A stretch of DNA of 64,000 nt from the NCBI GenBank assembly GCA_963674755.2, contig CAXXVS010000003.1:1504001-1568000 (forward strand), given 5' to 3'. The translations under genes were made by a program, and so were the position numbers. Below the pieces are notes generated by a model. It saw only the letters and a list, made by a program, of their open reading frames with translations, was not told the DNA's origin and ran no database searches. Source of the DNA: Desulfobacterales bacterium (GTDB lineage Bacteria; Desulfobacterota; Desulfobacteria; Desulfobacterales; UBA5852). Every line of letters starts with the position of its first letter. The first letter of the stretch is position 1. Positions 1 through 9,571 of this stretch are shown here, piece by piece.

Positions 1-265
1 GTTTGCCAAAGTGGCTCGCGAAGAGGGCTTCGATGCGATCGGCATGGTCATGGAAATGATTGCGGTGGCCGAGAAACAGCACGAAAAACGCTATGTCGAA
101 TTGGCCGGCAACCTGAAGGCCGACCGGGTCTTCAAGCGGGAACAGACCGCCAAGTGGCGTTGTTTGAACTGCGGTTACGTAACCGAGGGCGTCCAGGCGC
201 CTGAGATGTGCCCGGCCTGCGCCCACCCCCAGGCCTATTTCGAACTGCTGGGCGAGAACTGGTAG
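1..265 (+). CDS. rbr: Rubrerythrin, C-terminal part (5' end lies outside the window)
   Basis: AREEGF..I....., AEKQHEKRY diiron helix, and C-terminal rubredoxin domain WRCLNCGY...[12 protein letters not shown]. Confidence 0.93.
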   Translation, partial: FAKVAREEGFDAIGMVMEMIAVAEKQHEKRYVELAGNLKADRVFKREQTAKWRCLNCGYVTEGVQAPEMCPACAHPQAYFELLGENW

Positions 266-360
266 CCATCACCCACCGCCCCCTGCATCCCTGCCCGGCC
301 GGGGGGATGCGGGCGGCCCCAACGGGGTCGTCGAAGATCCCAAGCCATAAGGAGAGAAAA

Positions 361-735
361 ATGGCCGAACGCTATGAAATTTACAAGTGCGAACTTTGTG
401 GCAACATCGTCGAAGTCCTGCATGGCGGTGCCGGTGAGCTGGTTTGCTGCGGACAGCCCATGAAGTTGTTTACCGAAAATACGGTCGATGCCGCCAAAGA
501 AAAGCACGTGCCGGTGGTTGAAAAAGTCGACGGTGGCTTTAAGGTCAAGGTGGGCTCGGTGGCGCACCCCATGGAAGAGAAACATTACATTGAATTTATC
601 GAAATCATCGCCGACGGCAAGATTTACCGGCAGTATCTCAATCCGGGCGACGCCCCCGAGGCGGTGTTCAATATTGCGGCCAGCAACGTGACGGCCAGGG
701 AGTATTGCAATCTGCACGGGCTGTGGAAGGCCTAA
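361..735 (+). CDS. dfx: Desulfoferrodoxin (2Fe superoxide reductase)
   Basis: YKCELCGN...LVCCG desulforedoxin site; [14 protein letters not shown] and CNLHGLW SOR site; AAGGAG RBS before ATG 361. Confidence 0.95.
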   Translation: MAERYEIYKCELCGNIVEVLHGGAGELVCCGQPMKLFTENTVDAAKEKHVPVVEKVDGGFKVKVGSVAHPMEEKHYIEFIEIIADGKIYRQYLNPGDAPEAVFNIAASNVTAREYCNLHGLWKA

Positions 736-862
736 GCGCTCCGTCCGCAGCTACGTCTGCGTAAACGCCGGCGGGGTCGGCCCGATCAGGCGGGGCGCAC
801 TCCGGCATGGTCGGGTGGGTGCCGGATGCCCAGCCGACGACCCCGCAGCGGGGAGGTGGCTC

Positions 863-1018
863 ATGACCATATGGAAATGTTCCAACTGCGGCTATACCGT
901 CAAGCAGGAAAAACCCCCGGAACCGTGTCCGTCCTGCGGCGAGAAGTGCGAGTTTCTCAACGCCACGTGCTATACGCCCGACTGCCGCGACCAGGAGATC
1001 GACAAGCGGATCCGTTAA
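863..1018 (+). CDS. Small rubredoxin-like protein
   Basis: WKCSNCGY...PCPSCGEKC...CYTPDC; GGAGG RBS. Confidence 0.8.
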   Translation: MTIWKCSNCGYTVKQEKPPEPCPSCGEKCEFLNATCYTPDCRDQEIDKRIR

Positions 1019-1034
1019 GAAGGAGAATGATACC

Positions 1035-1469
1035 ATGGGCAGGGCATTGATCGTCTACACCACCCGTACGCAGGAAACCCGGCAGATCGCGGATCTGATC
1101 GCGGAGGGGATTCGTTTTTCCGGCCATGAGGCTGTTGTCCAGGATGTGAAGGACATCAAAAAGGAAGGGGACCTGGCAGGTTACGACGCCTATCTCTTCG
1201 GCTCGCCGACCTATCACGGGGAGATGATCCAGCCCATGAAGACCTTTCTTTTCCTGGCGGAAAAGGCGGATCTGGCCGACAAGGTGGGGGGGGCCTTCGG
1301 CGCTCACGGATGGAGCACGGAAGCCCAGGAACGGATCTACCAGACCATGAAAACAGTTTTCAAGATGGATATGGTCAGCGGCCCGCTCCTTTTGAAATCC
1401 GCCAGTCTCGGGGGCGGCCTCCAGATGGCCCAGGACTACGGGCGCGACATTGCCAAGAAGATGACCTGA
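1035..1469 (+). CDS. Flavodoxin-domain protein (resembles the FprA C-terminal domain)
   Basis: IVYTTRTQET, FGSPTYHG and AFGAHGWS motifs; AAGGAG RBS. Confidence 0.88.
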   Translation: MGRALIVYTTRTQETRQIADLIAEGIRFSGHEAVVQDVKDIKKEGDLAGYDAYLFGSPTYHGEMIQPMKTFLFLAEKADLADKVGGAFGAHGWSTEAQERIYQTMKTVFKMDMVSGPLLLKSASLGGGLQMAQDYGRDIAKKMT

Positions 1470-1536
1470 ACTTCTATTCCTGCACGGGCGGTGACGTCTT
1501 CCCGACCGGCAGACACCACGACCACAAGGAGGCATC

Positions 1537-1740
1537 ATGACAACACCTCAACATTGTCCAGGCTACGAAAACTTTCGCAATCTGAAATCCTTTACCTGCA
1601 AATGCTCCGAATGCGGCGCCGAGATTGAGATTTTTTCAGATGAATTTGACCGCAAGCACCAATGCAAAGGGTGTGGCAAACCGATCGATTTTACCCAGTG
1701 TGAACTGACCGGCGAGGCCCAAAGCCTGTCTCCCCGCTGA
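1537..1740 (+). CDS. Small Zn-ribbon/Cys-rich hypothetical protein
   Basis: HCPG, CSECG.EIEIFSDE, CKGCG; AAGGAGG RBS. Confidence 0.75.
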   Translation: MTTPQHCPGYENFRNLKSFTCKCSECGAEIEIFSDEFDRKHQCKGCGKPIDFTQCELTGEAQSLSPR

Positions 1741-1875
1741 CGCTGATCTATAGCCCGCCGTGAAGGCACTTTTTCCCGGCGGAGGATGCCCATGCTATCG
1801 CCCAACCGGCGGGTCGGAATACGGCCTGCATCCGGTACAGGGGATGTGTCACCCTGATTTACGGAGGAATTGTCA

Positions 1876-3186
1876 ATGGATGTGGTCACCCTATCGCGTT
1901 TGCAATTTTATGCAACATCGGCCTTTCACTTCCTTTTTGTCCCCCTGACATTAGGGCTGAGCTGGATCGTCGCCTATATGGAAACCAAGTACGTCCGCAC
2001 CGGCGATGAGACCTACCTGACCATGACCAAGTTCTGGGGAAAGATCTTTCTCATCAATTTTGCCGTAGGGGTTGTCACCGGCATTACCCTGGAATTTCAG
2101 TTCGGCACCAACTGGTCAGGCTATTCGGCCTATGTGGGCGATATTTTCGGCTCCCTGCTGGCCATCGAGGCCACGGCCGCCTTTTTCCTGGAATCCACTT
2201 TCATCGGGGTCTGGATCTTTGGCTGGCAGAAGCTGGCGCCCAAAACCCACGCCATCGTCGCCTGGTTGGTGGCCATCGGTTCCAATGTGTCGGCGGTCTG
2301 GATCCTGATCGCCAACTCCTGGATGCAGCACCCGGTGGGCTACACCATGCGCAACGGCCGGGCCGAACTGACCGACTTTCTGGCGGTGGTCACCCAGCCC
2401 TTCGCGGTCACGCAAATCGTTCACGTGTTGAGCAGCGCCCTCCTTCTGGCCGGCTTTCTCATCATGGGAATCAGTGCCTATCACCTTCTGAAAAAGCAGA
2501 ACATTGACTTTTTCACCCGCTCTTTCCGGATCGGCGTGGTGTGCGGCCTGGTGGGGTCCCTGGCGGTCGCCATTTTAGGCGATTTCCATGCCAAGGAAGT
2601 TACCGAAAAGCAGCCGGTCAAACTGGCCGCCATGGAATCGCTGTGGAAAACCACCCGGCAGGCACCGATTTATCTATTTGCGATTCCGGATGAGGAGAAC
2701 GGCCGCAATGCGGTGGAATTCCTGTCCATCCCGGGCGCGCTGAGTTTTCTGGGCTATGGCAACTTCAACGCCGAGGTCAAGGGGCTGAATGACTTCCCCC
2801 GGGATGAACGGCCGCCGGTTCTGCCCGTTTTTCTGGCGTTTCGGGGCATGGTGGCGCTGGGAACTTACTTTATTTTGATCACGATCGTGGCCTTTATCCG
2901 GCGCAACAAATTATTGGAAAGCCCGCTGCTGCTGAAGATCCTGCTGTTCTCGATCCCCCTGCCTTACCTGGCCACCCAATTGGGATGGGTGGTGACCGAA
3001 CTGGGGCGCCAGCCCTGGATCGTCTGGGGGATGCTGCGCACGAGTGCCGCGGGCTCACCGATCGCCGTCAGCCAGGTGGTCACAACCCTCGTGGGTTTCA
3101 GCCTGGTTTACACGTTGCTGGGCGTTGCCGGCTATTATCTGATTATTCAGCACGCCAAACGGGGGCCGGCGGCCACGGCGGCCTAG
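1876..3186 (+). CDS. cydA: Cytochrome bd ubiquinol oxidase subunit I
   Basis: LSRLQF, FHFLFVPLT, EFQFGTNW, QPVKLAAME and ELGRQPW motifs. Confidence 0.96.
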   Translation: MDVVTLSRLQFYATSAFHFLFVPLTLGLSWIVAYMETKYVRTGDETYLTMTKFWGKIFLINFAVGVVTGITLEFQFGTNWSGYSAYVGDIFGSLLAIEATAAFFLESTFIGVWIFGWQKLAPKTHAIVAWLVAIGSNVSAVWILIANSWMQHPVGYTMRNGRAELTDFLAVVTQPFAVTQIVHVLSSALLLAGFLIMGISAYHLLKKQNIDFFTRSFRIGVVCGLVGSLAVAILGDFHAKEVTEKQPVKLAAMESLWKTTRQAPIYLFAIPDEENGRNAVEFLSIPGALSFLGYGNFNAEVKGLNDFPRDERPPVLPVFLAFRGMVALGTYFILITIVAFIRRNKLLESPLLLKILLFSIPLPYLATQLGWVVTELGRQPWIVWGMLRTSAAGSPIAVSQVVTTLVGFSLVYTLLGVAGYYLIIQHAKRGPAATAA

Positions 3187-3250
3187 ACAGGCCAACGGCA
3201 TCGGTGTAGAGCTGCAAGTCATCTGAACTACTTTCGTTTGAGAGGGCGCA

Positions 3251-4279
3251 ATGGATCTACAGGCTATTTGGTTTTTTCTCTGGGGATTATTATGGGCGGT
3301 TTTTTTCATGACCGACGGATTCGATTTTGGTGTCGGCACCCTATACCCTTTTCTGGGCAAGACGGATGAAGAAAAGCATACCATGATCGCGGCCATCGGG
3401 CCCTTGTGGGATGGCAACGAGGTCTGGCTGATATCGGCCGGCGGCGTCACCTTTGCCGCCTTTCCCCTGGTCTATGCAGTCATGTTCTCCACACTCTATT
3501 CCGCCTTGATGCTGATTCTCTTCACCCTGATCCTGCGGGGGGTATCCTTCGAGTTTCGCAACCAGGTGGAAGATCCGCGTTGGAAGCGCATCTGGGATAC
3601 CTGCATTTTTATCGGTAGTGCCGGGCCGGCACTGCTTTTCGGGGTGGCTTTCGCCAATATTTTCCAAGGCATTCCCTTTGACGGCGCAGGCGTCTACCAT
3701 GGTTCCTTGTTTACCCTTTTAAATCCCTACGGCTTGTTGGGGGGCGTTCTTTTCCTGGTACTTTTTCTCCAGCACGGCGCATTGTGGCTGGGGATCAGAA
3801 CCGGCGGAGCCCTCCAGGTACGCGCAACACGACTGGCCGCCCTGCTGTGGCCCTTGGTGGTCGTGGTGGCGGTGGTCTTTCTGGTGGCCAGTTGGTTCAA
3901 AACCAATCTTTACGTCAACTACCTGGCCCATCCGGCCCTGTTTATCGTCATCGCCGTGACCGTATCGGCCCTCTTGGCCGTGAGGGTTTTCATCGCCCGC
4001 CAAGCCTGGTTTACGGCCTGGTTCGCTTCGGCCCTGACCATCGTCGGCGCCACCTTTTTCGGTGTCATCGGGTTGTTCCCGAATCTCTTTCCTTCCAGCC
4101 TGGACGCGGTCTTCAATCTGACGGCCCGCAATGCCAGCTCCAGCCCGTTGACCCTGAAGATCATGCTGGTGGTGGCCATTATCTTCGTTCCGATCGTCCT
4201 GGTTTATCAGGCCTGGTCTTACAATCTGTTCAAACACAGGGTATTGCCCGCCGACCTGGCACATGAGGAAACCTATTGA
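3251..4279 (+). CDS. cydB: Cytochrome bd ubiquinol oxidase subunit II
   Basis: DGFDFGVG, PLWDGNEVWL and LRGVSFEFR; follows cydA. Confidence 0.96.
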   Translation: MDLQAIWFFLWGLLWAVFFMTDGFDFGVGTLYPFLGKTDEEKHTMIAAIGPLWDGNEVWLISAGGVTFAAFPLVYAVMFSTLYSALMLILFTLILRGVSFEFRNQVEDPRWKRIWDTCIFIGSAGPALLFGVAFANIFQGIPFDGAGVYHGSLFTLLNPYGLLGGVLFLVLFLQHGALWLGIRTGGALQVRATRLAALLWPLVVVVAVVFLVASWFKTNLYVNYLAHPALFIVIAVTVSALLAVRVFIARQAWFTAWFASALTIVGATFFGVIGLFPNLFPSSLDAVFNLTARNASSSPLTLKIMLVVAIIFVPIVLVYQAWSYNLFKHRVLPADLAHEETY

Positions 4280-4317
4280 GCAGGGAAGGAACGCGGCTTT
4301 TCCAAAGGAGATGTGCC

Positions 4318-4674
4318 ATGCAAACGGTGAAAGTGCTTGTCGTGATGCTGGTGTTAATGGGGTTTGTCGGACTGGCGGGGGCTTACACCATCCAGACGGA
4401 AAACAAGGGGGAGGCCCGGATTACCCTGGACGGCGGCCGGAGCGGTCCGGTGCCCTTTCCCCACCGGGTCCACCAGACGGCCCTGGACGACTGCAAGGTT
4501 TGTCACGACCTCTTCCCGCAGCAGGCCGGCGCTATCGATACCCTGAAAGCCAGCGGCACGTTGAAAGCCAAGCAAATCATGAACAAAAGCTGTATCAAGT
4601 GCCATAAGGAATTGAAAAAAGAGGGCAAGAAAACGGGACCGACCACTTGCAAAACCTGCCACGCCAAAAAATGA
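4318..4674 (+). CDS. Periplasmic triheme class III cytochrome c (c3/c7-like)
   Basis: Signal peptide; VPFPHRVH; three CxxCH motifs (CKVCH, CIKCH, CKTCH); AAGGAG RBS. Confidence 0.88.
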   Translation: MQTVKVLVVMLVLMGFVGLAGAYTIQTENKGEARITLDGGRSGPVPFPHRVHQTALDDCKVCHDLFPQQAGAIDTLKASGTLKAKQIMNKSCIKCHKELKKEGKKTGPTTCKTCHAKK

Positions 4675-4712
4675 GGGTTTAGGGCCGGCGGATAGACAAA
4701 GGAGCATTGCGC

Positions 4713-5669
4713 ATGTTGGTTGTCGGATTACAGGGGAGCCCGCGACGCAAGGGCAACAGCCGCTATCTGCTGGAGAATTTCCTGCAGGCCGCGGCTTCGT
4801 TCGGCGCCCAGACGCGCATGATCGAGGTGGACCGCTGTGATATTCGCCCCTGTAAGGAATACACCGTATGCGAGAAGAAGGGCTACTGCCCCATCGAAGA
4901 TGACATGCTGCGGGAAGTCTACGGTCTGATTCGCCGGGCCGATCTGGTGGTGGCGGCCACGCCGGTGTTTTTTTATAATATGACGGCCCAGCTCAAGGCG
5001 CTTATCGACCGTTGCCAAACCTTCTGGGCGCGCAAGTATCGCCTGCGCTGGCGCGATCCCCGTCGCAAAATCAAGAAAGGGTATTTGCTTTCGGTGGCGG
5101 CCACCCGGGGCAATACGCTGTTTGACGCCATCCACTTGACCATGCAGTATTTTTATGATGCCATCGATGCCGAATATGCCGGCCATTTGACCTATCGCGG
5201 CATCGAAGGCCCCAAGGATATGGCCCACCACACCACGGTCCTCGACGATATTCAGCGCGCCGTGGCCGGCCTCATGGGGCCCCTGGCGGAGCGCAAGCGA
5301 CTGCTGATCCTGGGCCCCCGCGGCACCTGTGCCACGCAGTTGACGGCGGCCCTGGTGCGGGCCAGGGCCGCCGAGCGTTTCGACGTGCGCGTGGCCGGCC
5401 TGGAACCGGGTGCGGGGGTTGACGGCGACGCTGTACGGGTCATGGCGGTGCGCGGTTGGGACATCGAATATGAACACCCCCTTTCCGTCGATACCGCCCT
5501 CGACGGCTGGCGGCCCGACCTGACCCTGGCTTTGGGCGCCGATATGCCGGTATCCGGCAGGGGCGAGGTCATCCAGTGGGAGTTGCCCGCCGGGCGGCCG
5601 GAGGGTGCCGACCATCTGGGGGCCTTATGTGATCTGCTCGATGAACGAATTGCCGCCTTGATCCATTGA
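4713..5669 (+). CDS. Iron-sulfur flavoprotein / NADPH-dependent FMN reductase family fused to a degenerate ArsC/LMW-PTP-like domain
   Basis: GSPRRKGNS, PC...C...C and TPVFFY..TAQLKALIDR; C-terminal RLLILGPRGTCATQ...FDVRVAGLEPG resembles the ArsC fold. Confidence 0.8.
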   Translation: MLVVGLQGSPRRKGNSRYLLENFLQAAASFGAQTRMIEVDRCDIRPCKEYTVCEKKGYCPIEDDMLREVYGLIRRADLVVAATPVFFYNMTAQLKALIDRCQTFWARKYRLRWRDPRRKIKKGYLLSVAATRGNTLFDAIHLTMQYFYDAIDAEYAGHLTYRGIEGPKDMAHHTTVLDDIQRAVAGLMGPLAERKRLLILGPRGTCATQLTAALVRARAAERFDVRVAGLEPGAGVDGDAVRVMAVRGWDIEYEHPLSVDTALDGWRPDLTLALGADMPVSGRGEVIQWELPAGRPEGADHLGALCDLLDERIAALIH

Positions 5670-5735
5670 TCAAAGATCGGTATAACCTCGGAGACAAGTG
5701 TAACGATATCTTGAAGGCAAAGGAGGAAGCGTTCC

Positions 5736-5897
5736 ATGGACAAGTATGTGTGCACGATTTGCGGTTATGTCTACGACCCGGCCCAGGGTGATCCCGACAA
5801 CGATGTGGCTCCCGGTACCGCCTGGGAGGATGTGCCCGAAGACTGGGTCTGCCCGATTTGCGGGGCCGGCAAGGACGATTTCGAAAAAGAAGAGTAG
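5736..5897 (+). CDS. rd: Rubredoxin (not in the supplied ORF track, 53 aa)
   Basis: Manual translation [62 protein letters not shown]. Confidence 0.97.
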   Translation: MDKYVCTICGYVYDPAQGDPDNDVAPGTAWEDVPEDWVCPICGAGKDDFEKEE

Positions 5898-5928
5898 TCA
5901 CCGTCTATCCGCACCAGCGAAGCTTGTT

Positions 5929-5976
5929 TCAATGCCCTTTTCAACCGCCGCAGGATTGGAAAGGGCATTGATTTTG
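5929..5976 (+). terminator. Hairpin/intrinsic terminator after rubredoxin
   Basis: TCAATGCCCTTTTCAA...TTGGAAAGGGCATTGA followed by TTTT. Confidence 0.6.
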
Positions 5977-6217
5977 CTGCGCGGCGTCTTATCTTTTCAC
6001 TCTGGTTCGGGCAGGCGGTGGCTCACGCCGCAGCGTTGCCCAGCGATCCCCGAAGCGTCGTTGCCATTACCATGAACACCGGTAGCCAACCCGCCAACCG
6101 TAACCGGCGGCCTTGGCGGATGGCCTTCAACGTCCCAATATCCTCTTCCGCCGACAAATGCCCATTGGCATTAGGGGCGGGGAGCCAATAGCAACCACCA
6201 CTTTTTGAGGGAGTAAC

Positions 6218-7402
6218 ATGCGACCCATCGAAATTGCGGAAGGAATCTACGACGTCGGCGTGAAGGACTGGAACATCAGGGATTTTCACGGCTACAGCAC
6301 CCATCAGGGATCGACCTACAACGCCTTTCTGGTGATGGATGAAAAAATCGCCCTGATCGACGCGGTCAAAAAGGATTTTGCGGACCAGCTGCTGGATAAC
6401 ATTGCTCAGATCGTAGACCCCCGGAAGATCGATCTGGTGGTCAGCAACCATACCGAGATGGACCATTCCGGCGCCCTGCCGCGGGTCATGCACCGCATCG
6501 GCGAAGCCAAGCCCCTTTACTGTTCCCAAATGGGCGCCAAGAACCTCAAACAGCATTTCTTTCCCGCCTGGAACTACCAGCCGGTCGCAAACGGCGACGA
6601 GCTCAGCCTGGGGCGCCGCACCCTGACCTTCTTGGAAACGCGCATGCTGCATTGGCCGGACAGCATGTTTACCTATCTCAAGGAAGACCAGATCCTGTTT
6701 TCCAGCGACGCCTTCGGACAGCACTATGCCGGTCCCGAAAAATTTGACGACGAAATCGGCGACCGGATCATGCCCCATGCCAAAAAGTATTATGCCAACA
6801 TTCTCCTGCTCTATGCGGCCAAAACCCTCAAGCTGCTCGAAAAAGTGCAGGCGATGGGGCTTGCCTTCAAAATGATCTGCCCCGACCATGGCATCCTCTG
6901 GCGCAAGGACATCGACAAGATCCTGGGCGCCTACCAACGCTGGTCCAAGCAGGAGACCAAAAACAAGGCCCTGGTGGTCTATGACACCATGTGGCACAGC
7001 ACCCAGCTCATGGCCGAAGCCATCACCGCCGGGCTGGCGGAAGCCGGCGTCTACGCGGTTCCCATGGATCTGCGTCGCACCGACCGCAGCGACGTGATGA
7101 CCGAAGTGCTCGATGCCCGGGCCGTACTCGTGGGGTCGCCCACCCTCAACAACCAGATCTTTCCCACGGTCAGCGACTTTCTGACCTATATGAAGGGCCT
7201 CAAGCCGAAGAACCGCATCGGGGCGGCCTTCGGTTCCTACGGCTGGAGCGGGGAAGCCGTGCGGCAGATCACCGGCGAACTTGATGCCATGAAGTTCGAC
7301 CTGGTCGAACCGGGTCTGCGCATTCAGTACGTACCGGACAAGGAAGGCCTGGCCGCCTGCGAAGACTTCGGTCGCAAGGTGGCCGCTGCCATGCAGGCCT
7401 GA
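6218..7402 (+). CDS. fprA: Flavodiiron protein (rubredoxin:oxygen/NO oxidoreductase, FprA family)
   Basis: FHGY...GSTYNA, HTEMDHSG, LHWPDSM, SSDAFGQH and CPDHG; C-terminal flavodoxin domain. Confidence 0.95.
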   Translation: MRPIEIAEGIYDVGVKDWNIRDFHGYSTHQGSTYNAFLVMDEKIALIDAVKKDFADQLLDNIAQIVDPRKIDLVVSNHTEMDHSGALPRVMHRIGEAKPLYCSQMGAKNLKQHFFPAWNYQPVANGDELSLGRRTLTFLETRMLHWPDSMFTYLKEDQILFSSDAFGQHYAGPEKFDDEIGDRIMPHAKKYYANILLLYAAKTLKLLEKVQAMGLAFKMICPDHGILWRKDIDKILGAYQRWSKQETKNKALVVYDTMWHSTQLMAEAITAGLAEAGVYAVPMDLRRTDRSDVMTEVLDARAVLVGSPTLNNQIFPTVSDFLTYMKGLKPKNRIGAAFGSYGWSGEAVRQITGELDAMKFDLVEPGLRIQYVPDKEGLAACEDFGRKVAAAMQA

Positions 7403-7449
7403 TACCCGTCCCGGTCTTCCGGAGACCACCAGATTAAGGAGCGCAAGGG

Positions 7450-7641
7450 ATGAAAGTGCCGGTCATCGATATCAGCGATTGCACCTTGTGTGCCGGCTGC
7501 TATGACATGTATCCCGAGCTGTTCCGCCTGAACGATGCCGGTTTCGTGGAAGTGGTCGATAGGGAATGCTATCCGCAGGCGGAAGTGGACGATGCCATCA
7601 AGAACTGCCCCCAGGACTGTATCCACTGGGAGGATGTCTGA
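7450..7641 (+). CDS. Single-cluster ferredoxin
   Basis: CTLCAGC ... AIKNCPQDCI; AAGGAG upstream. Confidence 0.85.
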   Translation: MKVPVIDISDCTLCAGCYDMYPELFRLNDAGFVEVVDRECYPQAEVDDAIKNCPQDCIHWEDV

Positions 7642-7700
7642 TCCGCCGGCGCCGTGTTTTTGCTCACGTACCGCCTGTCACCCCAACGAGGAGATCAAGA

Positions 7701-8048
7701 ATGTCTAAAGTCGCCATGTTTGTCTTCAATGGCTCGCCCATGTGCTTCGTGCATGTCCTGCTGAACGCCCTGGACATGCACGGGCGCGGGGACGCGGTGC
7801 AAATCGTCATGGAAGGCGAAGCAACCAAGCTGGTGGGCGAACTGGCCAAGCCGGACAACTGGCTTCACGGCCTGTGGCAGAAAGCCCGCGGCACAAATCT
7901 GGTGGCCGGCGCCTGCAAGGCCTGCGCCCAGAAGCTGGGCGCCAAAGCCGGCATTGAAGCCGAGGAACTGCCGTTTCTGGACGATATGAACGGACACCCC
8001 GGCATGGCGGCCTTTCGCGACCGGGGCTATGAGATCATGACATTCTAA
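7701..8048 (+). CDS. DsrE-like cytoplasmic protein
   Basis: FNGSPMCFVHVLLNALD, IVMEGEAT, CKACA, MNGHP; GAGGAG RBS. Confidence 0.8.
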   Translation: MSKVAMFVFNGSPMCFVHVLLNALDMHGRGDAVQIVMEGEATKLVGELAKPDNWLHGLWQKARGTNLVAGACKACAQKLGAKAGIEAEELPFLDDMNGHPGMAAFRDRGYEIMTF

Positions 8049-8103
8049 TTTCCAAGCACCCGGCCGCACGTTTTTGTTGGTTTTTGGGGAAAAGGGGGAG
8101 CGC

Positions 8104-8799
8104 ATGCCGAATCAGGACGCATCCCATCGCGCACTTAAACGCCGCATGCACGACCTCCTGCTGGATGACGATTTCGGGCGGGCCATGGCCGAGCTGACGA
8201 CCTTGCCCCCGCGGCGGGCGGTGAATCCCCTGTTCGCCTTTTTTTGCAGCTTAACCCCGCTGTTGCGCTGGCGCGCCGTGAGCGGCATGGGGGTGGTGGT
8301 CAGCCGGCTGGCGGAGACCCGGATGGAATCCGCCCGGGTGGTGATGCGCCGCCTCATGTGGACCCTGAACGACGAATCCGGCGGCATCGGGTGGGGGGCC
8401 CCGGAGGCCATGGGCGAGATCACCGCCCGGCATGCCCGCCTGGCCGGGGAATTCGCTCATATCCTGGTGTCCTATATTCGCCCGGACGGCAATTTCCTGG
8501 AACACCCCACCCTTCAGCGCGGTCTGCTATGGGGCCTCGGACGCCTGGCCCACGCACGGCCTGAGGCAGCCGTTGAGGCGGAACCCCTTGTAAGGCCGTT
8601 CCTGACATCGACGGATGCCTGCCACCGGGGCCATGCCGCCTGGTTCGTGGGTGCCTTCACCAGCGGCACAGCCGATCCTGATCTCCGGCGTCTGGCGGGC
8701 GACGATGCCCTTTTCCCATTCTACCAGGCAGGTGCCTTGACAGAGGTCACGGTGGCGGATGCCGCCCATGGGAGACTCGCCCCCGCCACCAAGCAGTGA
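8104..8799 (+). CDS. DVU0298-family / HEAT-repeat-like protein
   Basis: MESARVVMRRLMWTLNDESGGIGWGAPEAMGEI signature. Confidence 0.8.
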   Translation: MPNQDASHRALKRRMHDLLLDDDFGRAMAELTTLPPRRAVNPLFAFFCSLTPLLRWRAVSGMGVVVSRLAETRMESARVVMRRLMWTLNDESGGIGWGAPEAMGEITARHARLAGEFAHILVSYIRPDGNFLEHPTLQRGLLWGLGRLAHARPEAAVEAEPLVRPFLTSTDACHRGHAAWFVGAFTSGTADPDLRRLAGDDALFPFYQAGALTEVTVADAAHGRLAPATKQ

Positions 8800-8827
8800 A
8801 AAGCGGGACCTGGAAGGAGCATTTGAC

Positions 8828-9328
8828 ATGACCAACACGATCACCCCCCAAAAAATCGCAACGGCGGATCTTTGTGACGCCCATGCCGATCAGCTTCAAA
8901 TCGCGCAACCCCTCTTTCGTTCCTACGGCGGCTGCCGGCAGTTCGGCGGACGGATTGCCACCGTCCAGGTGTTTAAGGACAATGTACTCGTGCGCCGCCA
9001 GCTGGAACAAACCGTCGCCGGGGCCGTTCTGGTGATCGACGGCGGAAGGTCCCTCGAATGCGCCCTGGTGGGCGACATCCTGGCGGGACTGGCCGTGGAA
9101 AACGGCTGGCAGGGCATCGTGGTCAACGGCTGCATCCGGGATGCGGCGGCCATGGCTGATTTGAAGATCGGTATCCGGGCTCTCAATACCCACCCCCTCA
9201 AAAGCGGGAAAAGGGGCACCGGTCAGGAAAACCTGCCAGTCACCTTCGCCGGAGTCACCTTTCGGCCGGGTGACTATCTTTACGCCGATGAGGACGGCAT
9301 GGTCACTTCCGCCACCCCATTGATCTGA
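8828..9328 (+). CDS. rraA: RraA family protein (RNase E regulator / HMG aldolase-like)
   Basis: TADLCDA, FKDNVLVR, VIDGGRS..CALVGD, GCIRD, YADEDG. Confidence 0.92.
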   Translation: MTNTITPQKIATADLCDAHADQLQIAQPLFRSYGGCRQFGGRIATVQVFKDNVLVRRQLEQTVAGAVLVIDGGRSLECALVGDILAGLAVENGWQGIVVNGCIRDAAAMADLKIGIRALNTHPLKSGKRGTGQENLPVTFAGVTFRPGDYLYADEDGMVTSATPLI

Positions 9329-9571
9329 GCGCCGCCGGACAGGACGTTTTTTCGACGGTTGGGGCCGCGCATCCACCGCTGTGGCGCCCGTCTCTCCTTA
9401 CGGGATGCTTGTCCGCTAGCCGCTTCGACGTCCCTTTGCCGTCCGGACGCCAGGCAGGCCCCCTAATCTTGTGTTAGATCAATGTCAAGTCGCACCGCAT
9501 GGGTTATCGTCGTCCATGATGAATCACCTGAAAAACATGGAAAATATGACCGGCGGAAGGGAGGTGCCGCT

